Assembly (NCBI GenBank): GCA_963422265.1
Contig: OY729416.1
Span: forward strand, 151,540-215,539
Direction of reading: 5' to 3'
DNA from: Thermodesulfobacteriota bacterium
GTDB lineage: Bacteria > Desulfobacterota_D > UBA1144 > Nemesobacterales > UBA2774
DNA length: 64,000 nucleotides
Below are positions 50,510 to 63,178 of the stretch, piece by piece. A program made the position numbers and the translations under genes. The notes under the pieces are model-generated. The model was not told the origin of the DNA. It made no database searches and worked only from the letters and a program-made list of their open reading frames with translations. Positions within the stretch are counted from its first letter, which is position 1. Every line of letters starts with the position of its first letter.

Positions 50510-51400
50510 GTGCAAGACGTCGTGTTGATGAAGACGGATTTTCAAGAAGCTGAGCTTCTGAAAAGGGGCAAGGTGAGAGATATATACGTTGAGAGGGATA
50601 AACTCCTTATCGTTGCCACTGACCGCATATCGGCTTTTGACGTTATCTTGCCCGAGGGTATTCCGGGAAAGGGCAGGGCGCTTAATAGAATCTCAGAATA
50701 CTGGTTTGCTCAGACCGAAGATATAATACAGAACCATTTAATTTCCACGGACGTGGATGCTTATCCTGAGGTTTTTCACAAGTATCGTCCCTTGTTAGAG
50801 GGAAGGAGTATGCTAGTTAGAAAGACTGCCCCCCTTGCCGTTGAGTGCGTTGTTAGGGGATACGTTGCGGGTTCAGGGTGGAGGGAGTATCAGGAATCCT
50901 GCTCTATATGCAGCATTCCGTTGCCCAAAGGGCTTGTCGAATCGGCTAAGCTAGATACCCCTATATTTACCCCGTCAACCAAAGCTCGAGATGGTGAGCA
51001 TGACGAGAACATCAGTTTTGATGAGGTTGTGGAATTAATAGGTCAAGGGCTTGCCTGTAAGGTTAGGGAAGCCAGTATTGCACTTTATCTTAAGGCAAAG
51101 GATATAGCGGGACGAAAAGGTATAATTATAGCTGATACGAAATTTGAGTTTGGCATTGACGTGGAAACCGGAGGGCTTATTCTCATTGACGAAGCTTTAA
51201 CGCCCGATTCCTCTAGGTTCTGGCCTGCCGATGAATATAGCCCCGGAGGTTCGCAGCCAAGTTTTGATAAGCAGTTTGTAAGGGATTATCTGATCACCGT
51301 TGGTTGGGATAAAAATCCGCCCGCTCCGTCTCTGCCTAAAGGGGTAGTAGAGAAATCTTCGGAAAAATACGAGGAGATGCTAAAGCACCTATTGGGATAG
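50510..51400 (+). CDS. purC: Phosphoribosylaminoimidazole-succinocarboxamide (SAICAR) synthase
   Basis: GKVRDIY..., ATDRISAFD, and IADTKFEFG. The tracked start is GTG at 50510, and an ATG at 50528 is an alternative. Confidence 0.93.
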   Translation: MQDVVLMKTDFQEAELLKRGKVRDIYVERDKLLIVATDRISAFDVILPEGIPGKGRALNRISEYWFAQTEDIIQNHLISTDVDAYPEVFHKYRPLLEGRSMLVRKTAPLAVECVVRGYVAGSGWREYQESCSICSIPLPKGLVESAKLDTPIFTPSTKARDGEHDENISFDEVVELIGQGLACKVREASIALYLKAKDIAGRKGIIIADTKFEFGIDVETGGLILIDEALTPDSSRFWPADEYSPGGSQPSFDKQFVRDYLITVGWDKNPPAPSLPKGVVEKSSEKYEEMLKHLLG

Positions 51401-51411
51401 TCCTAAGTTAA

Positions 51412-52236
51412 ATGGATACGATAAGCATATTAGGATGTGGTTGGCTAGGGCTCCCCTTAGCTAAGCGCCTGATTGATAGTGGTTACAAGGTTAAGGGTTC
51501 TACCCGTCGTCGTGCCTTGAGTGAGTTTGACTCTTTAGAGGCAGGTGGTATAGAACCTTATTGCCTATCCCTAGATCCGGACGTATCAGGTGAAAAGGTG
51601 GAGGATTTTTTAGATAGCGATATTCTAATCATTAACTTTCCACCTGAGAGAAGAGAGGATATTATAGATTTTCATGTAGCCCAGATAAATTCATTGGTAT
51701 CAAAACTAAAACTCTCTCCCATTAGTAAAATTATTTTTGTCAGTTCTACCTCCGTTTATCCAGACGTGAATAGGGAGGTATATGAGCACGAGCGATTGCC
51801 TCCCTCTAAAATCTCTGGGCAAGCGCTATTGGAGGTGGAGAATATACTTCAGACCTGCGCTCGTTTTAAGACTACCGTGATCCGTTTTGGGGGGCTGATA
51901 GGATATGATCGTCAGCCGGGGAGGTTCTTATCAGGCAAAAAGGAAATAACAAACGGGGAGGCATACGTAAATCTTATTCATAGGGACGATGGTATTTCAA
52001 TTATTCATGCTATAATTGAGCAAAACGTCTGGGGAGAAATTTTTAACGCCTGCGCGGACGGGCATCCCAGGAGAAGGGATTATTACATTGCTAAAGCTAA
52101 AGAGTTGGGACTGCCCCCTCCTTTGTTTAAGGATGACAAAGACGTAAGTTATAAACTCGTTAATAGTGATAAATTGAAAAGGATTGCGGGATATAAATTC
52201 AAGTATCCTAACCCTGCTTGCATTATGGAGAGATGA
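51412..52236 (+). CDS. NAD(P)-binding Rossmann-fold protein (SDR/epimerase-like)
   Basis: The N-terminal ILGCGWLGLPLAKRLIDSGYKVKGSTR is a dinucleotide-binding motif. 274 aa. Confidence 0.7.
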   Translation: MDTISILGCGWLGLPLAKRLIDSGYKVKGSTRRRALSEFDSLEAGGIEPYCLSLDPDVSGEKVEDFLDSDILIINFPPERREDIIDFHVAQINSLVSKLKLSPISKIIFVSSTSVYPDVNREVYEHERLPPSKISGQALLEVENILQTCARFKTTVIRFGGLIGYDRQPGRFLSGKKEITNGEAYVNLIHRDDGISIIHAIIEQNVWGEIFNACADGHPRRRDYYIAKAKELGLPPPLFKDDKDVSYKLVNSDKLKRIAGYKFKYPNPACIMER

Positions 52237-52287
52237 GTTTATAACGTAGTTTCATACTATTGATAAGAGGAGGATAACTTATAGGAT

Positions 52288-53352
52288 ATGCAAGAGACGG
52301 TAACGAATGATAAGGTCCCTTCAACCCTTCAACGTGGCTCGGTAAACTCACCAACTGTTCAGGACAAACCTTCAACAAGCTCAGAATACCACGCAGCTTC
52401 AGGTCGCCACGTTATAAAAGAGCTTCAGTTTGGGGATGCAGCTTACGTTAGGGAGCTTTACGGGCAGCACAATCAAAACTTAAAGGAGGTAGAATCCCTA
52501 TTTGGAGTAAATATCCATTCGAGGGGAAATAAGCTCTGTTGTGAAGGGGAGGCAAGAGGGGTTGAATCGACTTGCGTATTCCTAAAGGGAATATATGCGC
52601 TTCTTGAAAAAGGCTATTCGCTTAATCCTGGCGATCTCGAGCTTGCGTCCAGAATCTTTGACAATGAAGACCTTGGTCTTGAAGATATTTTCCTTGATAC
52701 GATATGCGTATCTACTAGAAAGAAGATAATCGCTCCCAAGAGTCTGACCCAAAAGCTATATATAGAATCTATACGTAAACACGACGTTGTTTTCGGTGTT
52801 GGCCCTGCTGGCACTGGAAAAACCTATTTAGCTATGGCTATGGCTGTATCAGCGTTTTTGAATAAGCAAGCCAATAGAATAATACTGACGAGGCCCGCCG
52901 TTGAAGCGGGTGAAAAGTTGGGTTTTCTTCCAGGAGACCTCTCGCAGAAGGTTGATCCTTATTTGCGTCCTCTTCTTGACGCTTTATATGACATGATGGA
53001 TTACGACAGGGTGTCCAGATTGGTGGATAAGGGAGCGATTGAAATTGCCCCCTTGGCTTTTATGAGGGGTAGGACGCTAAATGATGCCTTTGTAATACTA
53101 GACGAAGCTCAAAACACTACTTCGTTACAAATGAAAATGTTTCTAACGAGGCTCGGATTTGGCTCCAAAGCTGTAATTACCGGGGATACTACTCAGATTG
53201 ATCTCACTTCCGAGCAAAAATCAGGTCTCCTTGAGGTTGAGTCAATCGTTAATCATATTCGCGGCATATCATTTGTATATTTCTCAAAGAATGACGTAGT
53301 CAGGCATCCTTTGGTAAGAAAAATAATAGAGGCTTACGAGAATGTATCATAG
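52288..53352 (+). CDS. phoH: PhoH-like ATPase (PhoH/YbeZ family)
   Basis: Walker A GPAGTGKTYLAMA, ILTRPAVEAGEKLGFLPGDL, and Walker B FVILDEAQN. Confidence 0.92.
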   Translation: MQETVTNDKVPSTLQRGSVNSPTVQDKPSTSSEYHAASGRHVIKELQFGDAAYVRELYGQHNQNLKEVESLFGVNIHSRGNKLCCEGEARGVESTCVFLKGIYALLEKGYSLNPGDLELASRIFDNEDLGLEDIFLDTICVSTRKKIIAPKSLTQKLYIESIRKHDVVFGVGPAGTGKTYLAMAMAVSAFLNKQANRIILTRPAVEAGEKLGFLPGDLSQKVDPYLRPLLDALYDMMDYDRVSRLVDKGAIEIAPLAFMRGRTLNDAFVILDEAQNTTSLQMKMFLTRLGFGSKAVITGDTTQIDLTSEQKSGLLEVESIVNHIRGISFVYFSKNDVVRHPLVRKIIEAYENVS

Positions 53353-53453
53353 CTTCGCGTCATAATCGTATTTGGATTTAGGGGTTAATGTAAGACTGTT
53401 GGCTTGGGTGTTTTGTATAGGAAAGTTCTTGTGGTCGACCTTTCTCATATTGT

Positions 53454-56058
<2,605 letters not shown>

Positions 56059-56059
<1 letters not shown>

Positions 56060-57645
56060 TAAAATTTGACCTGTGTGACGGATACTATGTCTGGAAGGTT
56101 GGATATCTGCTTCATTACGTCATCGGGCACAGGGGAATCTACGTTTGTAAGAACTATGGCGCGACCTCCTATAGCCTCCCTGCCAAGGTGCATAAGACCG
56201 ATATTGACTCCGTTGTCTCCAAGCACGGAGCACATGGCACCTATGAAACCGGGCTTATCATAGTTCTCACTCACTAGCAGACAGCCTTTAGGCACAACGT
56301 CCACGTAAACGCCGTTCACCTTCATGAATCTTGGTTCTTCTTTTCCATATATAGTTCCCGAAACCTGATTTTCACCTTCTTCCGTTTTCACGTTGACCGA
56401 TATTAGGCTGGTAAAGCTTTTAGATTTAGAGGATTTTGATTCTACTACCTTTATCCCTCTTTCCTCTGCAATGACCGGGGCGTTTACATGGCTTACCACG
56501 ACGTCCATGATCGGAGCGAGAAAGCCCATAAGGGCAGCGACGGTTATAGGGGAGGTGTCAAGATTCGAGACTTCGCCGTCATATTCTATGTGTATTTCTT
56601 CTACGGCTCCTTTCAGCAGTTGTCCCTGCAAGCTCCCGATCTTCTCGGCGAGGTTAAGATAGGGTTTCATTACCGTAAGTGAGTCAAGGCTGACCGAGGG
56701 CATATTTACTGCGTTTTTTACAACGCCGTTCAAAAGAAAGTCCACTATCTGCTCGGCTATCGCCAAGCCTACTTTCGTCTGAGCCTCTCCTGTTGACGCG
56801 CCTAGATGGGGCGTGAAAACCACGTTATCGCTAAGGGCAAAAAGAGGATTATCCGCTTGGGGAGGCTCGCTTGTGTAAACGTCAAAGGCGGCTCCAGCGA
56901 CTTTTCCTGACTTAACCGCGTCCGCTGTATCCTTTTCGTTGACAATTCCGCCTCTCGCGCAGTTGATTAAAATCAGATTTTTTTTAGTTCTTTCAAAGAC
57001 GTCCTTATTGATAAGGTCTTTAGTTTCAGGCGTAAAGGGCGTATGTATTGTTATTATATCGGCTCGCGCCAAGAGATCATCAAACGTTACAAGTTCTACG
57101 CCCGATTTCTCTGCGGCCTCCTGGGTCAAAAACGGGTCATAAGCAATTACTTTCATCTTGAGCCCAATCGCTCTCTCGGCGACCAGCTTTCCTATATTGC
57201 CCAACCCAATGCAGCCTAGTATTTTACCGTAAATCTCGATCCCTTTGAATTTGCTTCTTTCCCATTTGCCCGACATAAAAGACGCGTGAGCTTGAGGAAT
57301 TCTTCTGGCTAAAGACATCATAAGGCTTATTGCGTGCTCAGCCGTCGTGATAGCGTTTGCTTCAGGGGTATTCATTACGACGATGCCTTTCTTTGTGGCT
57401 GCTTCTACGTCAACGTTGTCAACTCCTATACCAGCTCTTCCGATAACCTTAAGGTTCTTACCAGCTTCTATTAATTCCGACGTCATAGTAGTAGCACTTC
57501 TTATTATTACCGCGTCATAATCACCGATTATTTCCAGTAGCTCTTCCTTAGAAATTCCCTTCCTGACGTTGACGTCCAGCCCCGCCGCAGACTCAAAAAC
57601 ACTCAGACCTTCCTTAGCCATACCATCAGTTATTAATACTTTCAT
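56059..57645 (-). CDS. serA: D-3-phosphoglycerate dehydrogenase (long form with ACT domain)
   Basis: 528 aa. The NAD motif is GCIGLGNIG, the catalytic region is RGG...FTPHLGAST, and the C-terminus has ASB plus ACT domains. Its stop overlaps the hisZ ATG by 1 nt (TAATG). Confidence 0.94.
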
Positions 57646-57719
57646 TTTGCCTCCAGGAAAGGTTAAGGGATCATATCTAACAGGCTAACAATATATGTGA
57701 GTGATAAACCATTGTCAAT

Positions 57720-57900
57720 ATGATGTGTGGGGGTACCCTTTCCCTAGGGCGAAGCGCGACCAAGGAATCTCGCTTTTTCTCCCCATCCCTCGGTTGGTGA
57801 GCCTGTAGAACCAGGGAGAGTGCAGGGATAAGGATATTTTCGTCATTCCCGCCCCCGTGCGATTTTCTATCCTCTATGATAAAAGCGTTTGGGGACGACA
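57720..57900. repeat. Second locus of the GTCATTCC-type repeat family (truncated unit plus flanking conserved segment)
   Basis: TGCAGGG (57821-57827) and TTTTCGTCATTCCCGCCCCCG (57837-57857) match 38115-38121 and 38131-38150 almost exactly. The palindrome CCCTAGGG is at 57742-57749. Confidence 0.75.
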
Positions 57901-58098
57901 AGCATAGCTGCCTAATCTCTTCCTACTTCCTTGCGAATTGCTTTACTGCCCGAAATTCAACCGTATGTGCTTAATAACTAAGCATCTTATCTTGTTCACA
58001 TTAGAGACACGGCTTCCACGTTAATTCTTAGAATAATGCAACAATTTTAAGGCGTAGGAGGCATGCTCCGCTTCGTAACTCGGTTGGTAATAAGTATC

Positions 58099-58114
58099 TG
58101 GCATATCTCTTGCA
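58099..58114 (+). promoter_or_regulatory. Sigma-54 (-24/-12) type promoter TGGCAT-N5-TTGCA upstream of amt
   Basis: TGGCAT (58099-58104), ATCTC, TTGCA (58110-58114) matches the TGGCAC-N5-TTGCW consensus in spacing and in 10 of 11 specified positions. It lies 103 nt upstream of the amt ATG. Confidence 0.65.
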
Positions 58115-58216
58115 AATAACTTAACAAACAAATCTGTGGGGCAGTCAATAAATTGATATTGAAAAGGTTTTTGAAGTTCTATCTAAAGAAGGTTTTATCC
58201 AAAGGAGGACTAAGTA

Positions 58217-59593
58217 ATGAGAAAGTTTTTGCATAGGTTTAGAGGGAAGGCTACAAACGTCACGTTGTTCACCGTTATTAGCTTGTTGGTTCTAGGGTCT
58301 TTCTCGGCGTTCGCCCAAGAGGAGACAATTGGACCAACGGCGGCGGATGCGATTTTTACTGCAAATAACGTCTGGATGCTTGTCGCTACGTTCCTCGTTT
58401 TTATTATGCACTTAGGATTTGCGACGCTTGAATCGGGGCTTACAAGGGCGAAAAACACGACTAATATTTTGTTTAAGAACGTCTCTATTATATCAATAGG
58501 GCTTCTTACCTACGCTTTGGTAGGTTTCAATCTGATGTATCCGGGGGACTTCAACGGATTTCTTGGCTTCGCCGGGTTTGGCATTTCAGCTCCTGAGGGT
58601 GCTGCCGGGTTAATTGCCTATGCAGACGGGGGTTATACTTACTGGACTGATTTTATATTTCAGGCGATGTTCGCCGCCACCGCTGCTACCATTGTTTCAG
58701 GAGCCGTAGCTGAAAGGATAAAATTGAGCAGCTTCTTGGTATTTTCCGCAATCTTTGTTGCTATTGTATATACCATTGCAGGATCGTGGAAGTGGGGTGG
58801 TGGTTGGCTAGATCAAATGGGATTTTACGATTTCGCCGGATCCACTTTGGTGCACAGCGTGGGTGGCTGGGGCGCTTTGGTAGGTGCGATTATATTGGGT
58901 CCACGACTCGGTAAATATACAAAGTCGGGCATGAAGCCTATACCAGGCCATAGTCTTCCACTGGCGACCGTCGGCGTATTTATGCTCTGGTTCGGATGGT
59001 ACGGATTCAATGGAGGCTCCGTTCTCTCCGCTGATCCTGAACTTATTTCGTTAGTGTTCGTTACTACATCTATGGCGGCGGCCGCGGGGGTCATAGGGGC
59101 TATGTTCCTGTCCTGGTTCATATTCAAAAAGCCTGACCTGTCAATGATTCTGAACGGCTCGCTTGCGGGGCTTGTCGGCATTACTGCGGGGGCGGACGTT
59201 ATGACCCCGTTCAGCGCGGTAATTATCGGTTTGGTCGCTGGATTTATAGTAGTAGCATCCGTCTTATTTTTTGATAAGACGCTTAAAATTGACGATCCGG
59301 TCGGGGCGATTTCAGTTCATCTAATATGTGGCATATGGGGGACGCTCGCCGTAGGTATTTTCGCAGCCGATTTTAGTTTCTTAACCCAGTTGATAGGCGT
59401 GTTAGCTTACGGTGCGTTTACGGTGATATGCTGCCTCGTTCTTTTCCTCTTAGTCAAGGTCGCAATGGGGCTAAGGGTTTCTGAAGAGGAAGAATTAGCC
59501 GGGCTTGATATAGGGGAGCATGGAATGGAGGCTTATCCAGACTTCCAGCGGGTCGCCGAAGGTGGTGGATCAAGCGGGTTAGTTACAAAATAA
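58217..59593 (+). CDS. amt: Ammonium transporter (Amt family) with N-terminal signal peptide
   Basis: AAGGAGG Shine-Dalgarno and a signal peptide ending SAFAQE. The conserved blocks are FATLESGLTRAKN, FQAMFAATAATIVSGAVAER, DFAGSTLVHSVGGW, and WFGWYGFNGGS. Confidence 0.95.
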   Translation: MRKFLHRFRGKATNVTLFTVISLLVLGSFSAFAQEETIGPTAADAIFTANNVWMLVATFLVFIMHLGFATLESGLTRAKNTTNILFKNVSIISIGLLTYALVGFNLMYPGDFNGFLGFAGFGISAPEGAAGLIAYADGGYTYWTDFIFQAMFAATAATIVSGAVAERIKLSSFLVFSAIFVAIVYTIAGSWKWGGGWLDQMGFYDFAGSTLVHSVGGWGALVGAIILGPRLGKYTKSGMKPIPGHSLPLATVGVFMLWFGWYGFNGGSVLSADPELISLVFVTTSMAAAAGVIGAMFLSWFIFKKPDLSMILNGSLAGLVGITAGADVMTPFSAVIIGLVAGFIVVASVLFFDKTLKIDDPVGAISVHLICGIWGTLAVGIFAADFSFLTQLIGVLAYGAFTVICCLVLFLLVKVAMGLRVSEEEELAGLDIGEHGMEAYPDFQRVAEGGGSSGLVTK

Positions 59594-59690
59594 ATTAATC
59601 TTGGACTCAATTGGGTCGCTCCTTGAGATAAAGGAGCTTGGGGAGCGGCTCAAAATTTCATATAAAACAGTCAAAGGAGGATTAGCCAGA

Positions 59691-60869
59691 ATGAGAAGAT
59701 TAACAGTTTTAGCAGTAATGACTTTAAGTTTAGTATTAGCGCCGCTTTTAACTCTTTCATCCGCAAAAGCGGAGCCCTCGGAATTGCTCGACGCCATAGA
59801 TCTCGGTTTTTACGTGGATACTACGTATCAGTATTCTTCAGCGGATACTGACGAGTTGGGTTTCAGAACTCTGTATCCAGATAACAAGGAATTTAATATA
59901 AATGCGTTTACGCTCTCGTTGTCAAAAACTCCGACGATGGAAGGCGGTGCGATGGATTTATTGGGTTTCAGGGCTGACGTGCTTTTCGGAGAGCAAGCTC
60001 CGCTGCTTTCTTCTGCTGGGCTTGAGAGTGACGTTGTGGATCCCTATCAGGCGTATCTTCAATTCATGGTGCCAACTGGAGATGGTCTCAATATTTACGC
60101 AGGTAAGTTTGTAACCCTAGCTGGCTTTGAAGTGATAGAGGCTAAGAACAATCCAAACATTAGCAGATCAATACTGTTCGGTTATGCGATACCGTTTACG
60201 CATACGGGTATCAGGGCGGATTTTACAACGGGACCCCTTACTTTTACCGCAGGTGTTAACAACGGTTGGGATCAGGTTAAGGATGACAACGATAACGTTA
60301 CATTCGAAGGTCAGGTAGCGTTTAGCCATTCCGGTGGTTCTATAAGTGATCTATGGGTTGGAGTTACTGGGTATCTTGGGAAAGAGCCAGGGATAACTCT
60401 CGCTGAAAAGGCAACCAACGGGTCCAGAAAGCTTATAACGGCTGTGGGCTCCCTAACGTTGATGGACCGGATAACTTTCATTGTGGATGCTGATTTTGGA
60501 TGGCAGGAAGAGGGTGTTCTTAAGAGCAATAAACCAGTTGAAGCCTCATGGTGGGGCGTTGCCGGTTACGCCGTATTAGACGTTACACCCTCACTCACCC
60601 TGGCTATGAGGGGTGAATATTTTGAAGACAAAGACGGTTTCAGAACTAATGAAGGTAATGGCACTCAGGAGCTAAAGGAATTCGCAACCACTTTATCCGT
60701 TAAGCCGTTTGCCAGCATAGGTGGAGACGAGGCTCTTGACAACCTTGAGCTAAGAACCGAGCTTAGGTGGGACAGCTCTAATATAAAATCCTTCGTAGAT
60801 GAAGATGGTAAGGCTACAAAGGATCAATTTGGCATCATGGGGCAGTTGCTCTATTGGATTGAGATATAA
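59691..60869 (+). CDS. Outer-membrane beta-barrel porin (BBP2/DUF1597-like)
   Basis: The ATG at 59691 is preceded by AAAGGAGG, and there is a signal peptide MRRLTVLAVMTLSLVLAPLLTLSSAKA. An alternating beta-strand pattern runs throughout, and the early block FNINAFTLSLSK...ADVLFGEQA is typical of this porin family. The tracked ORF opens earlier at a TTG (59601). Confidence 0.7.
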   Translation: MRRLTVLAVMTLSLVLAPLLTLSSAKAEPSELLDAIDLGFYVDTTYQYSSADTDELGFRTLYPDNKEFNINAFTLSLSKTPTMEGGAMDLLGFRADVLFGEQAPLLSSAGLESDVVDPYQAYLQFMVPTGDGLNIYAGKFVTLAGFEVIEAKNNPNISRSILFGYAIPFTHTGIRADFTTGPLTFTAGVNNGWDQVKDDNDNVTFEGQVAFSHSGGSISDLWVGVTGYLGKEPGITLAEKATNGSRKLITAVGSLTLMDRITFIVDADFGWQEEGVLKSNKPVEASWWGVAGYAVLDVTPSLTLAMRGEYFEDKDGFRTNEGNGTQELKEFATTLSVKPFASIGGDEALDNLELRTELRWDSSNIKSFVDEDGKATKDQFGIMGQLLYWIEI

Positions 60870-60951
60870 AAAACGGTGTTTGTTAAAGATTAGAAGATAG
60901 AATTAGCAGCTAGAATTCTCCATCTCTCTATTATCTCCTTTGTGTGAACGG

Positions 60952-60996
60952 AGGGAGATCGGCAATTAACAACGTGTCGATCTCCCTTTGCTTTTA
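60952..60996 (+). terminator. Possible intrinsic terminator of the amt-porin unit
   Basis: A 10-bp stem AGGGAGATCG (60952-60961) / CGATCTCCCT (60978-60987) with a 16-nt loop, followed by TTGCTTTTATT. The loop is larger than ideal. Confidence 0.4.
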
Positions 60997-61039
60997 TTAA
61001 GTAATCAGATGACAGTGCTAGTTGTGCTTTGCCATTAGG

Positions 61040-61260
61040 TGATCCCAGGAGTTAGAAAAGGATATTCCCCTCCTTTTGTAAAGGAGGGTTAGGATGGATT
61101 TTCTTGTTTATCTGTGGGGGCGACCCTTGTGGTCGCCCTAAGGTAAATGCAAGGGTAACCCCTACAATATAATAAGGGGAATGTGCGGCGGTCGTCATTC
61201 CTGCGCAAGCAGGAATCTAGTAAGGGGATGGGAGGGAAAGCCTGAACTATTCTCTGCTTA
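61040..61260. repeat. Third locus of the repeat family: hairpin mosaic with one complete GTCATTCC..GGAAT unit
   Basis: Hairpins are CCCTCCTTT-TGT-AAAGGAGGG (61068-61088), GGGCGACC-CTTGT-GGTCGCCC (61118-61138), and the unit GTCATTCCTGCGCAAGCAGGAATC (61194-61217). The reverse complement of 61191-61242 shares the 17-mer TTACTAGATTCCTGCTT and the 11-mer AGGAATGACGA with 38190-38245. Confidence 0.8.
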
Positions 61261-61420
61261 ATACTACTTGCTTATAAATTTTCAGTTAGGTAAAGTTACC
61301 CCTGAATATCATTACCGTGCAAGCATGTCCCGTGGAGCTTGTGCTCAACTTGATTGGGAAGGGAACTGGATGGTAATCGAGTTCTTAGAGTAGAGATAAC
61401 CCTTGTGATTGCCCTTTTAT

Positions 61421-61493
<73 letters not shown>

Positions 61494-61599
61494 TTTCTAC
61501 AGTTAAAAAAACTTGCTACTACTAACCTTAATAATATAAACTAACAAGTATAAGTGAATTGATATAGTGGCAAGATTTACATAGTTTGCGGAGGTAAGG

Positions 61600-62016
61600 A
61601 TGAAATTTGGAGATTATCTGAAAAGCAAGAGGAAACAGAAGAATATAACCCAGGAGGAACTGGCTCATTCTCTTGAAGTTTCCAGCGTGTTCATACATCA
61701 GCTCGAGACCGGCAAAGTTGACGCTCCGTCTCTTGGGCGGTGTGGGCAAATTTCAATGATATTAGGCGTTGATATTAGCGAGCTATGGAGCGTTGCCAGA
61801 AGAGAGCGTCTTGAAAGGTTTATGCAAAGAGAGGAAATTCCGCAGGATGTCTTTGAGATTTTGACGGACGGCGAAAAAGCACTTGTAAATCTTTATAGAA
61901 GCCTGGATAGTCCGATGAGGAAGGATTTTGAGGGAATGATCTTTATGTTGCTAAGACACGTGAATAGTAAAGGGGTTCGGGAGATACTAGAAGAGTTTAT
62001 GAGAAAATGCGCTTGA
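61600..62016 (+). CDS. XRE-family helix-turn-helix transcriptional regulator
   Basis: GGAGGT Shine-Dalgarno. MKFGDYLKSKRKQKNITQEELAHSLEVSSVFIHQLETGK is the canonical Cro/C1-type HTH. Confidence 0.85.
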   Translation: MKFGDYLKSKRKQKNITQEELAHSLEVSSVFIHQLETGKVDAPSLGRCGQISMILGVDISELWSVARRERLERFMQREEIPQDVFEILTDGEKALVNLYRSLDSPMRKDFEGMIFMLLRHVNSKGVREILEEFMRKCA

Positions 62017-62786
62017 CAAACAGGTTGTCGACAATTCTTAAGACAATAGGCATAGAGATTTGTATTCTTGCTCTTATAGGGCTTGTGTTCCTATTTCAGT
62101 TTGATAAGGCTAAGAACGAGTTCGTATCTAAGACAAGGGCGATCTCCGAGACAATAGGGGATTTGGCGAGTGATTTTTACTCCGAAGAGGGGCATGTGCC
62201 AGCTAGCGGTGGGTTCTACCATTTTCTGGATAAGAGGCTTGGGAGAAAAAAACTGTTTAACACGTTTGAGATAGCGCCTAAATTCTTTAGCGTTGTTTTC
62301 AGAGATGACTTTATGGGAAAGTCGGAGTCTAATAACAATTTATTCTTAAGTGAATTTTACCCTGAGGGTGGTTTTTCTGTGAGAGATACAGATGGGGTAA
62401 TTTCAGTATCCGTGCCTTTCTCAACGCGAATGGAGACGGAACCATTTGGAATTGTGAAGATTGATTCTGATACCAAGTCTATCTTGAAAAGGGTTTTTGC
62501 GGACAATTATTTGTTATACTTAGCAATGCTTATTGTGCTTAACAATCAGGCGTTCATTCTTTATCTCCTGATGAAAAGGAAGAAGGAGGTTGTGTTTGAT
62601 AAGGGGTATTTAAGAGAGCACTCTATAGGGGCTCTTAAAATCATGCACAAGGTGCTTGGCGATATAATTCAGGATCATAAAACTGACGTTGAGTATGTTG
62701 AACATAAAGAAAATGCAGGAAAAATTCACGGATCTAGTAAAAACGTGATTTCCATATCTGATTTGGCGGAGAATAGGAAGAAATGA
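62007..62786 (+). CDS. Hypothetical two-TM membrane protein with an extracytoplasmic loop domain
   Basis: TM1 is IEICILALIGLVFLF and TM2 is LLYLAMLIVLNNQAFILYLL, flanking a ~150-aa loop. The start overlaps the XRE gene by 10 nt. No catalytic motif recognised. Confidence 0.55.
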   Translation: MRLTNRLSTILKTIGIEICILALIGLVFLFQFDKAKNEFVSKTRAISETIGDLASDFYSEEGHVPASGGFYHFLDKRLGRKKLFNTFEIAPKFFSVVFRDDFMGKSESNNNLFLSEFYPEGGFSVRDTDGVISVSVPFSTRMETEPFGIVKIDSDTKSILKRVFADNYLLYLAMLIVLNNQAFILYLLMKRKKEVVFDKGYLREHSIGALKIMHKVLGDIIQDHKTDVEYVEHKENAGKIHGSSKNVISISDLAENRKK

Positions 62787-63178
62787 AGAGATACGCAGTC
62801 CTGTTAAGCGTAATTGTTTCTTTGCTGTTTATCTGGGGTTGTGATAGCGTTGATGGGGACGGTGTTGTAAAGTTGGATGGACCCATACTTGAGAAAACCG
62901 TATATGGAAAGGGAGTTTCAGAGTTTAGCGGCTATGTTGTAAACACAGGTAATACGGCTGTAAATTCAGTTTACGTAGTTGTTGTTCTAAAGGATGATAA
63001 GGGAAATATCATTAGGGAAGCCTCGACGTCTATTTTTAGAGAAGGTTCAAATACGCCGCTCAATCCTTCAGAAAGGCAGCCTTTTGCGCTGTTAGTTGAG
63101 TCGGAGCCCGGCGAGGTGTTTACGAAAGAAGCAGAAGTGTATTATGAGGATATAGCGAACAACTCCCCTGTTCGGTAA
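62783..63178 (+). CDS. Hypothetical lipoprotein
   Basis: ATGA overlap with the upstream gene. The signal peptide has a lipobox (LLFIWGC). Confidence 0.6.
   Translation: MKRYAVLLSVIVSLLFIWGCDSVDGDGVVKLDGPILEKTVYGKGVSEFSGYVVNTGNTAVNSVYVVVVLKDDKGNIIREASTSIFREGSNTPLNPSERQPFALLVESEPGEVFTKEAEVYYEDIANNSPVR

Noticed and set aside
57677-57901. 74-aa minus-strand ORF in the serA-amt spacer.
   Set aside because: It is composed of the second repeat locus and has no coding signal.
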